The translations under genes were made by a program, and so were the position numbers. A stretch of 62,803 nt of DNA, filler included, from Globobulimina sp. (Eukaryota), in assembly GCA_003354225.1 (NCBI GenBank). It is 42 parts of 42 records of this genome, joined end to end, with 100 filler letters (N's around TTAATTAATTAA, not from the genome) between each part and the next. Parts side by side here need not be neighbours in the genome. Positions count along the whole stretch, not along the records: positions 10,494 to 11,892 come from PIVH01017321.1; positions 11,993 to 13,391 come from PIVH01017322.1; positions 13,492 to 14,889 come from PIVH01017323.1; positions 14,990 to 16,387 come from PIVH01017324.1; positions 16,488 to 17,885 come from PIVH01017325.1; positions 17,986 to 19,383 come from PIVH01017326.1; positions 19,484 to 20,881 come from PIVH01017327.1; positions 20,982 to 22,379 come from PIVH01017328.1; 34 more parts are not named here. One strand, 5' to 3'. The notes under the pieces were generated by a model that searched no databases, was not told the origin of the DNA, and saw only the letters and a list, made by a program, of their open reading frames with translations. Positions 11,013 to 23,977 of the stretch are shown one piece after another (the stretch's first letter is position 1; each line of letters begins with the position of its first letter).

Positions 11013-11992
11013 TGTATATTTTTCATTACCCATCCTCTCTCGAATCATTTTTTGAACGCGTGATGTAACAATGACTGCTGTCTTAACAATGGGAGCAAGA
11101 TAATTTTATATGGAATATGCCACTGCAAATTAAAAGAAATGGTCCATTCCATTGCTAACGGTGCATTTTTATGCACGTATAATAATTGACATACTTTGTC
11201 ACATATTTTGTTTCTTATATATATATCTTATGTGAGGTTATGCCCTTTAAAGCAAATATGTTAAATAAACATTCCTTCTCTTTCAAATCTAAAAATTGCA
11301 ATGTTTTCGAGTTATATTTTGGTAATAAATTCATTTTTGTAGTGGGCTCTGTTTCATTTTGTTGCTTTGTTTCGTGTTTATAATTATTGGAATAATCCTT
11401 TGTACTTTGTGTGATGTTCAATATCCAGAAAGTAAATATTTGCAATGCAAAGGATTTATGATATAATTTGTAATGACTGGTAATGGTTTGACTTTGATTA
11501 AGTTTGTATTTCTATATAAAATATGCCTGTGTCTGGAATGTAAGTGTGGCACAATTAAGTCTAATAATTAAAAGGAATCTGAATGGTACCGAATGTCTGT
11601 GTTTGTTAATTCAAATGTAATAGAAATAAGCGTAAGATTAATGATATGATATCGCCGTCAATATTTGAACTGAAAAATGAGGATAAATTGTGTCTGAACC
11701 ATGCTGCATGTAATGTAAATAATGCGTTTTGAAATATTATCAATAGCTCATCATCAGGTAATTTAATTATGTATCGACACTGCTTTTAACTCAAACGTGA
11801 TAAGAAACAGTGATCACGAAACAGTTAAACGAAACAGTAAATCATGACTGGTGTTCACTAGAAAGTGAACAGAAAATCCTATAACTCCAAAGNNNNNNNN
11901 NNNNNNNNNNNNNNNNNNNNNNNNNNNNNNNNNNNNTTAATTAATTAANNNNNNNNNNNNNNNNNNNNNNNNNNNNNNNNNNNNNNNNNNNN

Positions 11993-13189
11993 TCCTCATT
12001 TGCAACCAGTAAAAATGGAGATGTTGGTGCCATATCCATAGGCATTGTATATTTAGTATTTACCTGTTCCAATCTGATTGCATTGCCAATTATCACTGCC
12101 TTCGCTCCCAAGTCAGTGATGTTTCTGTCAGCAGTAACTTATGGAATGTATATTGCTTCAAATATTTTCTTAGATCCATTGCACAATTTCTATGACAAAA
12201 TAATATTATATTTCCTTTCGGCATTGTTAGGTTTTGGTGCAGCATGTATATGGATCTCCCAATCATTGTTTATTACTCACTGTGCAAATACCTATGAAAG
12301 ACAAAAGAAATTAAAACAAAATTCAAAATTGGGTTATTTCAATGGCATTTTCTTTATGTTTTTCTTGTTTAATCGATTCGTTGGATACTCAATATCTGCC
12401 ATTTTATTTTCATTCCAATATCAAGAGTCCACAGTTTTTACCATACTATCAATTATTTTTTCATTTGGTTGTTTTGGTTTTTTTTTGATTTCAAATACAA
12501 AAAAAAGAAAAAAAAAGAAACACTCGCAACAGAAAAATAAATCAAATACATTGCAAATGATCAGAGTGAGTATTTTGAATACAATTAAATTATGGACATC
12601 GTTTAATTTGTTGTGTTTGATTGGTTTCACAATGTTTACAGGCGCCGACTTACAATTTAATGGAGCTGTGTTCCCATTGTTTATCAAAGATAAATCAAAT
12701 AAGTTTTTTATATTATCATTGTATGGATTGGCTGCTTCCATTTCATCCTTGGTTTTAGGCAAATTGTCTGATAAAATATTGCCTCGCTTACAAGTATTGG
12801 TCACGGGATTTATGTGCAAATTGGCATTTTATTCATATTTATATTTGAACCGAGAAGCAGCAGCGTTGTTATATAATTTTAATGGCTCTACAAATGCGAC
12901 AAATAATGGCTATATGCTATTAAGTTTGGTCATAGCCGCTTTATTGATGGGTATTGGCGATGGTGCGTTGTTGAGTCAATTATCGGCAATATATCCGATA
13001 TTATTGAATAGTAAAAAGCCAGAAATATTTGCAAATATTAAATTTTGGCAAAGCGGAGCTGCAGCTTTTGTATTTTTCATGCATTCCGTATTCACATTGG
13101 AATTAAAAATAAAGATTAATTTAATATTGTTGATCATTGGATATTTGCCCTTTGTTTTATGTGAATCTATCCGCGCAAAACTAATGTAA
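11993..13189 (+). CDS. UNC-93-like MFS membrane protein, 5'-truncated
   Basis: SALLGFGAACIWISQS, GYFNGIFF, GKLSD, GIGDG, FANIKFWQS; multiple TM segments. Confidence 0.85.
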   Translation, partial: SSFATSKNGDVGAISIGIVYLVFTCSNLIALPIITAFAPKSVMFLSAVTYGMYIASNIFLDPLHNFYDKIILYFLSALLGFGAACIWISQSLFITHCANTYERQKKLKQNSKLGYFNGIFFMFFLFNRFVGYSISAILFSFQYQESTVFTILSIIFSFGCFGFFLISNTKKRKKKKHSQQKNKSNTLQMIRVSILNTIKLWTSFNLLCLIGFTMFTGADLQFNGAVFPLFIKDKSNKFFILSLYGLAASISSLVLGKLSDKILPRLQVLVTGFMCKLAFYSYLYLNREAAALLYNFNGSTNATNNGYMLLSLVIAALLMGIGDGALLSQLSAIYPILLNSKKPEIFANIKFWQSGAAAFVFFMHSVFTLELKIKINLILLIIGYLPFVLCESIRAKLM

Positions 13190-13504
13190 AAATATGCTTG
13201 ATAATAGTTTAAAAGATGATATTTTTAATTTATAGGTTCTCTTGAAGTGATCGCACAGTTCGCAAAGTTACGGACCCCGCCCTCAAAAAAAGAAGATGGT
13301 GACATGGCAATTTGTCGGATAACTACATGGTGAGTATTTATTTAATAGTATACGGAGCGGCTATTACACTTTCAACGCTATAAAAGACAATNNNNNNNNN
13401 NNNNNNNNNNNNNNNNNNNNNNNNNNNNNNNNNNNTTAATTAATTAANNNNNNNNNNNNNNNNNNNNNNNNNNNNNNNNNNNNNNNNNNNNAAACATTTT
13501 AACA

Positions 13505-14732
13505 ATGGGCCCTAAAGCCAGTCAGTTACATAATGTATTACAATCGCTCCTTTTAAGACATTGTCTTCATCTATTCGCCCAATAATATTGTTGCATGGGT
13601 GTTAGTGCTACCAGGACTCGCAATAGCGTACCTGCTTCTGTACGGGCTCACTACGCAATATTATTTGGTTTCTATTTTTTGTTAATAACTAATATTTTGT
13701 TTGAATAATATTCAATCTGCCACAAACGCGTCCATTTGGTATTAATTTTGTTCTTTCATTGCTGATATTTAACGCGTTATTGTCGATCACTGGCTGTGAT
13801 GGTTGTTGTTTGTGTTCATGTGATGGTATATCAAGAATAAATAAATATAAATATAAAGTATTATGTATATTTTGGTGGCATTCTTGGCCAAAATAAGCCG
13901 CCTTCTGCTTGCTTATTATTCATATGGAAATAGATATGAAATCGTATTATGTATCGGATTTAAACGTGCATTGGTTGGTACTTGATGTTAACTGAAATCA
14001 TCGGATGATAACGGACATTTTTATCATGTGAACATGGTTGAATTGTACAGTATTTTATGGCAGATATTTACTTATCAATGCCACAACTTATTTAACTCAA
14101 TACAACTGAAAATATAATTTAATGTTTGTTTTGATGTTTTATTATTTAAATTATTTTACGTGCTTATAATGCATTTATGTTTGTATTTATTTATACTTAC
14201 AATTATTAAATTATAATTAAGCAAATTACTAATATTCAGATTTAATCAAAAAATTGGAAGTTGAAAAAGATTTAATCGGTAAACATTAATTGGAAAATAT
14301 TTAATTGGAAAAATTGACATTGGAAGTTGGAATTAGAAAGATTTAAACAGTTTATTAGAGTTTAAATAATTCATTTTGTATAGCTATTGGAAATTTGTAT
14401 TTGTATTTGCAAATGCCTTATTTCTATTTAATAAATTTATTATTTGCATTGGGAAGAAAATGGTATTGGAAATGTTTAAACATTTTATTAGAGTTTAAAA
14501 ATCTATTCATTGGAAGAAATTTAATTTTTTAACTTGGAAGTTGGAATTGGAAATATTTAAGCAGTTCATTAGAGTTTAAATAATTCATTTATATAGCTAT
14601 TGGCCATGGAAATTTGGAAGTATTAGTGTGTATAACATGGAGTTATTACACGATTTTATGGTGCCGTCGTACAACGTTGACCAAACTTGATTGATGGGCC
14701 CTAAAGCCAGTCAGTTACATAATGTATTACAA
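13505..14732 (+). repeat. Exact 39-bp direct repeats (13505-13543, 14694-14732) flanking an AT-rich segment with internal repeats
   Basis: ATGGGCCCTAAAGCCAGTCAGTTACATAATGTATTACAA twice; ~80-bp internal repeats near 14320-14398 and 14534-14617. Confidence 0.85.
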
Positions 14733-15343
14733 AAAATCAATTGGCTTCAGAAATCCCTAATCAATCTATATTGCAAGAATACTGGAATCAGTTTCTATGG
14801 CCTCCTGTATAGGAGCTACGGCAGATCTGACCCCAGAGACAAACCCTAATATTCGTTGGCAAACCACGTGGTACCCACTAGACTGTCTCNNNNNNNNNNN
14901 NNNNNNNNNNNNNNNNNNNNNNNNNNNNNNNNNTTAATTAATTAANNNNNNNNNNNNNNNNNNNNNNNNNNNNNNNNNNNNNNNNNNNNATAGAGATAGA
15001 AACAAATTGTAAAAATTTGCAACAATGTAGGAGTGTTCATGATAAATCCAGACATGCGCCACTCACATTCTTATACACATCATCTAATGTTTGTTTTAAG
15101 CAATATTTCGTTTCTTTTTTGCACTAATTTCTTCTTAATTGTAATCTCTGGTATTAATTGTAATATTGGTTTGATCACTTTGATGGGTGTAGATGATCCA
15201 TTCAATTTGGCAAAAATTGCTGGCTTAGATTGCCTGTATAATAATGCACTCATTGACACAAAATAAGAAATATTTTTGCGTGTTTTATCCAGGCAAGTGC
15301 AAAGTGATGAACCTTAAAGTTTTTATCAACATCCCTCAACACC

Positions 15344-15751
15344 ATGAACAGACTCCTTTTATCAACTAGTGATCAGTTTGATATCGATAACTGTACATGC
15401 ATAGAAGATCCATATGAGTCATTATCTCAAGAAGTCGCTCACCACGATGCAGACGGAGCATTCACACATGTCTACTTTGTCATGTTATTCGTCGCCTCAT
15501 TGTGGTTCGTAGGTAAAGCTTCGACCAAATTAGGAATGCCAGCCTTGGTCGGCGAGATGCTGTTTGGTATGTTAATGGGTCCAAATCTGTTAAATCTCGT
15601 CGGTACGCACGGTTCAGAATTCTTAATCGTAATTGGCGAAATTGGTTTGATTATGTTAGTGGTTGAAGCCGGCATCGATGTCGACATTGGCATGTTAAAA
15701 TTAATCGGTCCGCGTGGTGTAGCCGTCGCAATCTTAGGCTCCATCATTTGA
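15344..15751 (+). CDS. CPA2 Na+/H+ antiporter N-terminus, ends prematurely (possible pseudogene)
   Basis: KLGMPALVGEMLFGMLMGP, GEIGLIMLVVEAG. Confidence 0.75.
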   Translation: MNRLLLSTSDQFDIDNCTCIEDPYESLSQEVAHHDADGAFTHVYFVMLFVASLWFVGKASTKLGMPALVGEMLFGMLMGPNLLNLVGTHGSEFLIVIGEIGLIMLVVEAGIDVDIGMLKLIGPRGVAVAILGSII

Positions 15752-15949
15752 TTTATTTGTCAGAAGAAACGGAGGCCTACAGTTTACTGGGACATGAATG
15801 GGGGCCCAATAAGTATTTTACGCACATGGTGATTTTACAGGTAAATTACATTACTTAATGGTAATATGTGTAAACATTGTGTATTTTTATTGGAATCAAA
15901 ATATTCATTGTATAGTCAGACAACACACAAAATTATTTTGTCAAAGTCG

Positions 15950-16150
15950 TTATATTGTAACATTTAGAGATTCAATATATTTTCCCAAAACATATGCAGC
16001 AATGTCGCCTACACAAATCATGATGAAGTAGATAATAAGCACATTAAATACGGTTAAACATATAACATATTTAATATATGTTATGAATAGTACCATCGAA
16101 AATATACACGCAATCAAAGTATGATGGATGCATACACATCCAATTATCAA
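15950..16150 (-). CDS. Phosphatidate cytidylyltransferase-like fragment
   Basis: Hydrophobic segment ending in GDIAAYVLGK (DxxAYxxG motif). Confidence 0.4.
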   Translation of the reverse strand: MIIGCVCIHHTLIACIFSMVLFITYIKYVICLTVFNVLIIYFIMICVGDIAAYVLGKYIESLNVTI

Positions 16151-16487
16151 TTAAGAATGTCCAACGAACCGTTTTCTGAAGGCGTTACATCAATGTCTAC
16201 TTTTAGATTGGCGATCATAAATATGATTTCCTAAATATGATTGGCGATTTCGTCGTCTAAGAATCTCGATTTAGTTGGACATTCTCTAATGCAAATTGCC
16301 ATTGTTGGAAATTGTTTCTTGAAGATTACCATTTTATATGGTTTCGCAAAGAATTATAGCAATCAAAAAAGTCATGTGTTAGTAAAANNNNNNNNNNNNN
16401 NNNNNNNNNNNNNNNNNNNNNNNNNNNNNNNTTAATTAATTAANNNNNNNNNNNNNNNNNNNNNNNNNNNNNNNNNNNNNNNNNNNN

Positions 16488-17885
16488 AGAAGAGACTGGT
16501 GCAGAAGGGGCTTCAACTTTATGGACGAAATTGTTCCCAGATTCACGATCCAGTTCAGTCATATCCTGTTCAGTGGCCCAGTCACCATAACGGTTTACCA
16601 ATCTGGGCTGTCGCTGTGATCGCCGAGGGACTCTAGGATTTTGCACTGGCTGCTCCTCCTCATCTCCAGTTCCTTCCGCATCAGGTTCAACAAATGTAGT
16701 TACAGGCAGATCAACCATATCAGTTTCCTTCTTCTGGGAAACTCCATCACTGTTGAATGTATTTTCAAAGAATGTCACATCTCTTCTGATGAATATGAGT
16801 TTCTTTGTTTCATTCCATAAACGATAAGCTCTTTTGTGTGGATCATATCCAACCAAACGCATCTTTGTCGTTCGAGATGTCAGTTTCTGCCGTTCTGGTT
16901 TGGTTTTTGTCACATATGCCACACAACCCCATACTTTCAAGTGACTCAATGTTGGTTTTCTTCCATGCCATCGCTCAAATGGTGCACAGTCTGTAGCCCT
17001 TGTTGGAAGACGATTTCGAATATAACATGCAGCTGAAATAGCTTCTGCCCAATATGTTCTGTCTCTGCCTGCATGTTCCATCATAGCTACAGCAGATTCA
17101 CACAGTGTGCGGTTCATTCTTTCTGAGACACCATTTGCCTCTGGTGAGTATGGTACTGTCGTTTCATGTCTGATGCCCTTCTGTTTGAGCCAATTCTTTA
17201 CTTGATGATTCACATATTCACCTCCACAGTCACTTCTGAGGGCTTTGATCTTCCGATCATGCTGATTGGTTGCCATGGCTTCATATTCTTGCAATTTCTG
17301 GAAAACATCACTTTTTTGATACATGGGAAAAACAACACACCAGCGGCTAAAATCATCCGTGAAGGTTACAAAGTATTTTGCACCACCAATGGACTTGGTC
17401 GACATTGGGCCACATACATCTGTATGAACCAGTTCCAGAGGTTTTGTTGTTCGTATACCTCCCAATGAATGATGCGGTGTATGACTGCTTTTTCCCTTGA
17501 CACATCCTTCACATATTGACAGTTTTCCATCTACATTATCATCTATGCCATCAACCAAACCCTTTTTGACTGCTTTTTGCAAACGATTAATTCCACAGTG
17601 ACCGAGGCGATTATGCCAAAGCTGCAATGCACTGTTGTGTTTATTGTCAACTGTAATGTGGTGTATAGATTGTGATTGTTGTTGTGGGACAACACAATAC
17701 AACAAATAAACTTTACCATATCGCTTAGCATTCCCTATACACTTTCCAGTTTTCAAACACATAATTTTAGCACAATACTTTTCAAACACAACAGATACAT
17801 TTCCTACATCAGCCATAGAGGCCACTGAAACAAAATTATTTGTCAAACTAGGAACATGAAGGACATCCTGTAAAGCAAATGTATT
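16488..17885 (-). mobile_element. Ty1/Copia pol fragment (GAG-pre-integrase, integrase, SH3-like)
   Basis: LWHNRLGH...CEGC zinc finger, LVHTDVCGP, FTDDFSR, LRSDCGGEY, NGVSERMNRTL, GYD...YRLW. Confidence 0.97.
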
Positions 17886-17985
17886 NNNNNNNNNNNNNNN
17901 NNNNNNNNNNNNNNNNNNNNNNNNNNNNNTTAATTAATTAANNNNNNNNNNNNNNNNNNNNNNNNNNNNNNNNNNNNNNNNNNNN

Positions 17986-18768
17986 AAACTCATATTTTGC
18001 TGCTTCAATCATGGCCGGCTCACAATAAACAGCACACCGTTTACCAATATCTCTCCGTTCCAAGTTACCAACCACCAAAGCAATTAAATACGAACAGCAC
18101 GGCACTGATTGTTTGAATTTATACGTTCTGCCATCATCACCATCATTGATGGCTGACATTAACGCGATTAAGTCTTTATTATTGACAGTAATAGCGGCAG
18201 AATAGGTGCATTTGGCAGAGGGAGAGTCCTGGCAAGGCAATAAAGTCCGTGCCCCAATGGCTTGGCATTGCGTGAATAAATATGGTAACTTCTTACCAAC
18301 TGTCTGTTCGGGAGTCAACCATTGGATTGCTTGTGCTCCACAAGAGGTTGAATAATGTATCCGGAGTGTTACAGTATCGTTTAATTGCATTGGTGACGGC
18401 AATTCAATGCATAATGGTATACCAAATGTCGGTACTTTAGCATTGCCATCTCCATAAAAATATTTTACATCTTGTGTTTTATTATCAGCGTTTACCATAC
18501 AGATGGCTGTGATATTTAAATCTCGAGTGTCGAGTATTATATTCGATATTGGTTTATCTGTCGAGATGCATTCAAAGGACAGATCGACATTTCCAAATAA
18601 TATTCTTTTATCAAAGTCTACTGTCAAATTGATAAAGGTGTGCGTTGATTTGATTTCATGGAAATTAGCATAGGAGCATGGATCGATTTGTTCGGATTGC
18701 TTTGATTCTGGTTGTTTAGAGTCGTCACATTGATTAATTAAATTATCGACTATATTTAACGCGGACAT
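17986..18768 (-). CDS. LTA4H: Leukotriene A4 hydrolase-like M1 aminopeptidase N-terminus
   Basis: DPCSYAN, QWLTPEQT.GK..PYLFTQCQAIGAR..LPCQDSPS.K, SYLIALVVG. Confidence 0.9.
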
Positions 18769-18838
18769 TACAAGTATTTACAATTAATTAAACTAAGCCG
18801 AAGTACAAACGAAAATGGAACGAAAACATATTGGACAT

Positions 18839-19383
18839 TAATCGTCGCTCTTTGGTGAACATTTAAAAATCTCTATTTGGTGTGAATATTGACTCCTGGC
18901 AATCAAACCATTCTTTTCAAATATTTGACGATATTGGGATAAGGTTTCAACTATGGACAATTGACTCTTTTTATGAGGCAATGAACAAGTTATTTTCCGC
19001 AATCTATAATTCTATATTGAGTCCCGACTAAATACGATAATATATCTTTCATTACACTCGAACATAACTTACAATCGAAAACAATGATTCCTTCAATATT
19101 TGGAAATAAAGCAGTAATGACATCCATTTTTATCCATTCAAACTGTGCATCGATAAACAAACTCCATAAAGACACATATTTCTGTTTTCGATTTGCGATA
19201 ATTGTCAAGAATTGTTTATTTCGACAATAAGTATGTATTATATGTTTTGCGTAATTATCTAATGATGCAAACGCAACATATTTATTTGGAAATGCTTGTT
19301 TCAACTGATTTAAAACTATGGCCTCTATTAATCCAAACATAGACTCTGAGACTGAAATACTTTCATCATCATCGATATCAATG
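18839..19383 (-). CDS. C-terminal region of ART-like family protein, apparent frameshift near 19000
   Basis: LDNYAKHIIHTYC resembles IPEYMQQLFKHYC downstream of EQE in 23978-25375; a second frame continues to TAA at ~18839. Confidence 0.45.
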
Positions 19384-19579
19384 NNNNNNNNNNNNNNNNN
19401 NNNNNNNNNNNNNNNNNNNNNNNNNNNTTAATTAATTAANNNNNNNNNNNNNNNNNNNNNNNNNNNNNNNNNNNNNNNNNNNNACAAATTATTTTGATAT
19501 GTGCAGAAACTCCTGCAAAATATAATACAAAAAACACAGATAACAAAAATCCAAATACAATTGCAAACAATATATATTT

Positions 19580-20145
19580 TCACAGTCGCAACAAATCAAA
19601 AAATAATAATAAAAAAACTAAATAAATAAAATATACATAAAATTCACATATTTTTCCTCTCATAATTGCTGTCGAACTTGGATTATTTGTTGGTGCTGAA
19701 CTTGGTGATGCTGTGAAACTGCATTGTTCCATTTCGCCTTGAATGAGATATGTATAATTGCTGTTTAATGATAATTCCTCGGTTGATTGATTGATCCCAT
19801 ACACTCTGACATGAAGCAAAGTTTCTAATATTTAACAAATATACTGAACCAGAGTCTCCTCCCATGTCATCATGATAATACGCCCCAATTACTGCAGTAT
19901 TTTGATAAATAGACACAGAACGACCAAACCTATCACCTGAAGCTCCGTCACTGGCCACTAATTTCGCTGTCTGTGTCCATTCATTTGTTGTATCGTCGAA
20001 GGTAAATATATATACTGAGCCAGAGTCTACTCCCTTGCCATCATCATAAAACGCACCAATTACTGCAATATTTTGATAGATAGACACAGAAAAACCAAAG
20101 TAGCTCCGTCAGTTGCCACTAATTTGGCTGTCTGTGTCCATTCAT
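19580..20145 (-). pseudogene. FG-GAP (integrin-alpha propeller) repeat gene disrupted by a MITE and a deletion frameshift
   Basis: WTQTAKLVASDG...FG.SVSI...AVIGA..D....SGSVY repeats; first repeat lacks ~10 nt relative to the second. Confidence 0.8.
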
Positions 20146-20147
20146 TA

Positions 20148-20757
20148 GGGGTCTCCGATAAGTACTGATTTTTTTGGCTGTTTGAAAAGGTTTTTTTTTT
20201 CTGTACTGATCTTATCGAACTCAGCAATCGTCGCTACATCCGTGCCTCATCGTAATATATTGATGGTATTATTATTAGTTAATTAAACCACGTTTATTTC
20301 CAGTCCCATTAATCCATTTCAGTTATCCCATCATAAATTATTTAGGTTATGGTTGTGGTCGCTTAGCTCAAGTAGAGCACTGAATTAATATTGATTTATT
20401 TATTCAGCAGATTCAGGTTCAAATCCTGAGGCGACAGCTGCCCATCCCACTCATCTCAAATTTAAGTATGTTATTTTTGTGGATGATTGCTTTGAAAATA
20501 AATCACGAAATTATTTAAAATTAAAACACATTGTATTAAATTGATGATGCATATTATGGCTCTCAATTTGATTTATCGCTAATGGATGCGTTTCTGTCGT
20601 GGCATAATTGTGTCTGTCACACATATACTATATTTGATGGAGGACTTTGTGGAGGAACTACATTTAAACCAAACAATAGACTACTTTCAAATCAATAAAA
20701 TGATGACGCAAATTCGCAACAACTCAATCCATAAAATCAGTACTTATCGAAGACCCC
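20148..20757. mobile_element. 610-bp MITE (Tc1/mariner-like), 25-bp TIRs, TA target-site duplication
   Basis: TA|GGGGTCTCCGATAAGTACTGATTTT ... AAAATCAGTACTTATCGAAGACCCC|TA (1 mismatch); excision restores ...KNNNEWTQTAKL. Confidence 0.9.
20357..20437 (+). ncRNA. tRNA-like gene inside the MITE (could read as Ile-AAT with an 11-nt intron; G1xA72 mismatch)
   Basis: GGTCGCT-TA-GCTC-AAGTA-GAGC-A-CTGAA...TTCAG-CAGAT-TCAGG-TTCAAAT-CCTGA-GGCGACA; A and B boxes intact. Confidence 0.75.
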
Positions 20758-21338
20758 TATTGTTTTTGATGCTGCGACTAAAAAGTTTTGCTTTGAGCTT
20801 AATCTCTTCGATCTTTTGTGTCTTGTTGGATGGATGGATGGATTATTATAGGTATAATTGATAGGTGTAATGTTGGTATTTNNNNNNNNNNNNNNNNNNN
20901 NNNNNNNNNNNNNNNNNNNNNNNNNTTAATTAATTAANNNNNNNNNNNNNNNNNNNNNNNNNNNNNNNNNNNNNNNNNNNNAAGGGGGTTGGTTATTTAA
21001 TGGGATATATCGTTCAATCAATGTATCCTGGCACTTGAGACATATTAAAATCATGTAATTTCTTTTGATTTGTGTTACAACTTACAAGGTTGTATTAATC
21101 CACCCATATCATTGAAAACAAACAACACAACTTATGCTAAAATGCCATCAATTAATCATTGTGTTAACGCATTGATATTCCAACAAAATGTCCAATGATA
21201 ACACCAGGCCTTTTTAATATACATATTCAACAATTTTAAAAATATATTTTTGAGCTCTTGATCGTATACATACAGTATACATAATTCACACTACTCAGTG
21301 ATTCAAAAACATATTTTAAAATCGGTGATAGCATATAA

Positions 21339-21857
21339 TTATATATTGCGTTCACTTAACATCCATGGAATATAACCAAGACCATATTTATTATACCATT
21401 TAGGATGCGGCAAATCTTTTTGATTGTAATGCTCTCCAATTTGGTACATAACAATGATAATAATTTCAAATAAAAAACAAAATTCATTCTTTGCTGGATT
21501 TGGTGCGTAATATGAAAACAATGCACATGCAATAATACATGAAAGAAACCGGATAATAGCAACACTGTACAACGCACTTCGCGGTGCATTGTCTATAATC
21601 TCTCTTTTTTCTCGAAATGATAATTTATTAAATATCTTAGGTTGTGTTAATCCTCGTATCGATGGATATATTCGCGCATTAATCCAATATCCACACATCA
21701 TAAACGCGGATATCAAGCAAAATGTTATGACAAATAAACCAAAGGTATGCAAAAAAATCCAATCCATTGCAAATCTGGCGTACCTAAGCTCAACTAACTG
21801 AGTTAAAAGTTTTTCTAAAAAGAAAATGTTCACAAACACGAATGAACGGACGAACAT
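21339..21857 (-). CDS. Hypothetical membrane protein
   Basis: 172-aa ORF with several TM-like segments; start uncertain. Confidence 0.5.
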   Translation of the reverse strand: MFVRSFVFVNIFFLEKLLTQLVELRYARFAMDWIFLHTFGLFVITFCLISAFMMCGYWINARIYPSIRGLTQPKIFNKLSFREKREIIDNAPRSALYSVAIIRFLSCIIACALFSYYAPNPAKNEFCFLFEIIIIVMYQIGEHYNQKDLPHPKWYNKYGLGYIPWMLSERNI

Positions 21858-22065
21858 AACAACATTTCTATCGCATTTGCTATGTCAATATCCACTCAAT
21901 AAAAGCACATCAACTTTGCAAGGTTTCCGTTTGTAGAAAATCTAAACTAAATTTGCTAAAAATAAAATCAAACCTACACTGTGAAAAAACAAAACATAAA
22001 AAAAAAGTAATACAAAGAAAAAAAGATAGAGAAAAAATATATAAGCAATTATAAATCAGGCAAAA

Positions 22066-22379
22066 TTAAATTGGCTCCGAATAGTCAGCACATGGGACAC
22101 CAGGACTTGTGATACTTTCTCGAACAATACAGCCTCGACACGAATCCGCACCGCATACAAAATCACCAACTTCGAGTTCGAAGAGCGGACCGAAAATAAA
22201 CTGCGCCTCCATGCACGCTCCGGGCATATCACACACGATCTCATCGATTTGGATGATAGCGCCGCCTCTGTGATTACTGAGATTGATCACTGCGCCGGCC
22301 GCCACATACTCGCCTTTGAAAATTAAGCCTTTAATAACCTCGATATTGGGGTCTGCCGTTGGCGTATAATTGATATTAA
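22066..22379 (-). CDS. C-terminus of Cys-rich protein
   Basis: IVCDMPGAC and VCGADSCRGC repeats; GC-richer coding than flanks. Confidence 0.55.
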
Positions 22380-22479
22380 NNNNNNNNNNNNNNNNNNNNN
22401 NNNNNNNNNNNNNNNNNNNNNNNTTAATTAATTAANNNNNNNNNNNNNNNNNNNNNNNNNNNNNNNNNNNNNNNNNNNN

Positions 22480-23877
22480 TACTGACTCAATATATAATTT
22501 GTGTATCGGCAACGAAACTAAATGAATACACAAAACAGTGTGATTTACATTTTCTGTTTTTTCTCCGTTTGGATAAAACATTATAAACCATTCCATTCCA
22601 TACATTATAAACCTTTCTGAGCGCTGACCTCTTGTCAGTGTCCATTCTTTCATTTCATTCAATAATTTCTGTGAGAACTTCCATTCAAATGATTGAGTCG
22701 GAACTGGTACGGTCACTGCAGCTGCACAGCCTGTACTTGATGGAGACGATGAGTTTAATAATGATTTACAATTACAATCGCCAATAATGTCAGCAATATA
22801 TATTTTAAGTTTGATAGTTAATGAATTCAAATGTTTAATGTCCTGTGTTTTTAAGGGCCATATTGTTTCTCCACCACAGCATTGGTCAATTGTATACATT
22901 TGATATTCACCGCATATTTTGTTACTTTCCAACCAATGGAGTTCAAATTTTATGGGAACTCTCATCATTTCATCTTTAAATGATACTAATAACAAAAATA
23001 TATTGACTGTGCCTGTTCGTGATTCGCGAGAACCATTTGGCCACAAAGAAAGGTACCATTTTAATCCAAAAATATTGTCACAAAATATGTCACTTATAAA
23101 TGAATAGACATTTGCTGCCGAACTAATATTTTCAAGTTGTGCAACATCGCTTATTTCCCATTCGTATTCAAACGATGCTAAATTATCCATTGTAACTGGT
23201 CTAAACAACTTATTATACACTGGCAATGGCTGATTGTTATGGTTATTGTATATAATATCAATGATGGATACATCCACCGTAAACGAATAAGAATTTAATT
23301 TTGAAAATTGCTCAAATTGTCTGTCGTTAAAGGTAGCCGCCCAGACAGTTAATAAACTTTTCTCTTCGAACAATTTATACGTTGACTTCCATAAACTTTG
23401 TAAATTAGTATTCATTTCACATATTGCCTTCAAACTATATATTTTAGCAGACGTACCTGAGCTCGTTGAATGCCATATTAATTTTACATAGACATTTATA
23501 AACATTTGAAGGACAGTACCAAATTCTAAAGCCAATCCATGGCGATTTCATTTTGCTTTGTTTCGGTATGAATTGGATGTACCATTTAAAAGGACCATAT
23601 GCCATAATTGGACCATTAAAATGTTCAGAGGTCTGCGCTGATCGTATCTTATTTACATTTAACAAATCCCCAATGCGCCATTTATACGATACGGGTGCTG
23701 TTGATATTGATGATAATTCATATTTATTTTCCCCTTTTTTGCCAGTTTTATGTAATTTTGTTTCTGGGTTTATTGATTTGATTGATATCATATCCATATC
23801 CACTGCAAATGTCAATGTATTTAAATTTTTTATCTTATCAAAAGAGAGTGCATCGCGACGCCAGCCCATATACCATT
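22480..23877 (-). CDS. Multi-MATH(TRAF)-domain protein, partial; intron 23396-23456
   Basis: Repeated YKWRI/YEWEI/FEWKF and KWY...PNG motifs; a 61-nt intron joins the two ORFs in frame. Confidence 0.85.
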
Positions 23878-23977
23878 NNNNNNNNNNNNNNNNNNNNNNN
23901 NNNNNNNNNNNNNNNNNNNNNTTAATTAATTAANNNNNNNNNNNNNNNNNNNNNNNNNNNNNNNNNNNNNNNNNNNN

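Noticed and set aside
23396-23535. Programmed frameshift between the MATH ORFs
   Set aside because: A 61-nt GT-AG intron joins them in frame
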